The position numbers were made by a program, and so were the translations under genes. A stretch of DNA of 63,941 nucleotides, the filler included, from Octopus bimaculoides (lineage: Eukaryota): the NCBI RefSeq assembly GCF_001194135.2. It is 6 parts of 5 records of this genome, joined end to end, with 100 filler letters (N's around TTAATTAATTAA, not from the genome) between each part and the next. Parts side by side here need not be neighbours in the genome. Positions count along the whole stretch, not along the records: positions 62,854 to 63,941 come from NW_026384103.1; 5 more parts are not named here. One strand, given 5' to 3'. Below the pieces are notes generated by a model, which saw only the letters and a list, made by a program, of their open reading frames with translations, did not search any database and was not told the origin of the DNA. This document shows positions 62,754 to 63,941 of this stretch, piece by piece (the stretch's first letter is position 1; the number at the start of each line of letters is the position of its first letter).

Positions 62754-62853
62754 NNNNNNNNNNNNNNNNNNNNNNNNNNNNNNNNNNNNNNNNNNNNTTA
62801 ATTAATTAANNNNNNNNNNNNNNNNNNNNNNNNNNNNNNNNNNNNNNNNNNNN
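62754..62853. other. Artificial scaffold linker
   Basis: Same pattern. Confidence 0.92.
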
Positions 62854-63199
62854 TATGCACACAGACATATTCTCTAACTCCCTCTCTCACGTACATTCTC
62901 ACTCAAAACTTCATAAGGATAGAGCCAGAAAAAATTAAGAAAGTCATTAAAGTGGTCATGAATGGCAACAAAAAGTCGCGAGCAACCTTAACTGGTTGAT
63001 GGGTTAAACGAAAGATTAATCAAGCATTCATTTAGTTAATTCGTTAACAAATTGTTAACAAAGTGACAAATAATAAAGTGAAATAGAACCTGTATGTGTG
63101 TTTATTATTGGCATAATGACCCTCCCGAAATACAAAAAATGTTCCAGCATTCGATCCTCAGAATAGGACAACTTGGTATCAAAGCCAAANNNNNNNNNN

Positions 63200-63600
63200 G
63201 TTCCAGCATTCGATCCTCAGAATAGGACAACTTGGTATCAAAGCCAAACACGCTATCTTCAGTTTGGTTTTCGTGCCCCTCCCCACATATGGTCATGAAT
63301 ATTGGCTAACGACCGAAAGAGTTTGATCTCAAGTACAAGAAGCCGAAATGGGATTCCTCAGAAAAAAACTGGAGTAACTTTACTCGACACAGGGCGTACC
63401 TTGGAGATGATGTAATCTCTCCAAATCGGATCGGTACCTTTTCGCATTGACTCGCTACAGTTCAAGTAATATGTGCATGAGTTTAGAATGTCACACGAAA
63501 AATTCACAAGATCAATACTTTAAACGATGCAAAGCCGCAGGAAATGGAGGGGTAGACCATGAACAGATGGCTAGATAATATCTATAGTCTCAAATGGTCA
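63200..63600 (+). mobile_element. Degraded RTE-clade ORF2 C-terminal fragment (different family)
   Basis: Shifted frames give VPLPTYGHEYWLTTERV, VQEAEMGFLR and GRP...WLDNI. Confidence 0.7.
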
Positions 63601-63941
63601 CGTTTGAGAATTCAACCAGAAAGTCTATTAGCAGTTGCTTCTGGTAGGACCCTATTCAGAAGGTACCTGAGGGACCACATCTCCTCATGACCCTCCCAGG
63701 AATAATGAGCATAGAATATAGTAGATGGATAGATGTGTACAGAGTGTCTGTACTAAATATTTTTATGTCCCATTATATGAGAGAAAACTTAGTGAATTGA
63801 TGAACAGTCAATGGCGTTGGAGAGCGTAAATATAATTTTTTAGCTGAAAAAAGCCCAAGAAGCAGGCAAAACAGAAAAAGTCTGAAAGAGATGGCACACC
63901 TCATGGAGATCAAATAATGTAGTCAGTACCAAAAAAAAAAA

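Noticed and set aside
63149-63249. 49-bp direct repeat flanking a 10-N gap
   Set aside because: Typical unmerged contig overlap, an assembly artefact.

Overview
Eukaryotic, AT-rich, repeat-dominated animal DNA, not prokaryotic: no operons, rRNA, tRNA genes or CRISPR arrays. The repeat families (tRNA-derived SINEs, RTE LINE tails ending in (GAT)n, degenerate C2H2 arrays) look cephalopod, most likely Octopus (inference). Only two host coding exons can be supported. One is an internal Wnt exon, best matching WNT11 (46372-46604, +). The other is an internal NPHP3 TPR exon (56012-56151, -). There is also a disabled C2H2 zinc-finger array near 60.0-60.6 kb. The rest is SINEs, LINE fragments (RTE, CRE, R4/Dong, Tx1), Penelope-like ends, fossil DNA transposons (hAT, mariner, maT, rosa), MITEs and microsatellites. 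Five identical 100-nt linkers (44 N + TTAATTAATTAA + 44 N) show that the window is six separately assembled pieces, so gene order across them is unverified. The most striking unexplained structure is a mismatch-free Y-shaped three-way junction at 2821-2875. Other notable signals are three hammerhead-ribozyme-like motifs in Penelope-like ends, a rosa (DD41D) element whose left end is an inverted copy of its own 3' end, and the apparent antisense interleaving of WNT11 and NPHP3. Most ORFs in the supplied track are microsatellite, gap or antisense-to-transposon artefacts. All homology calls come from recalled protein motifs; no searches were run.
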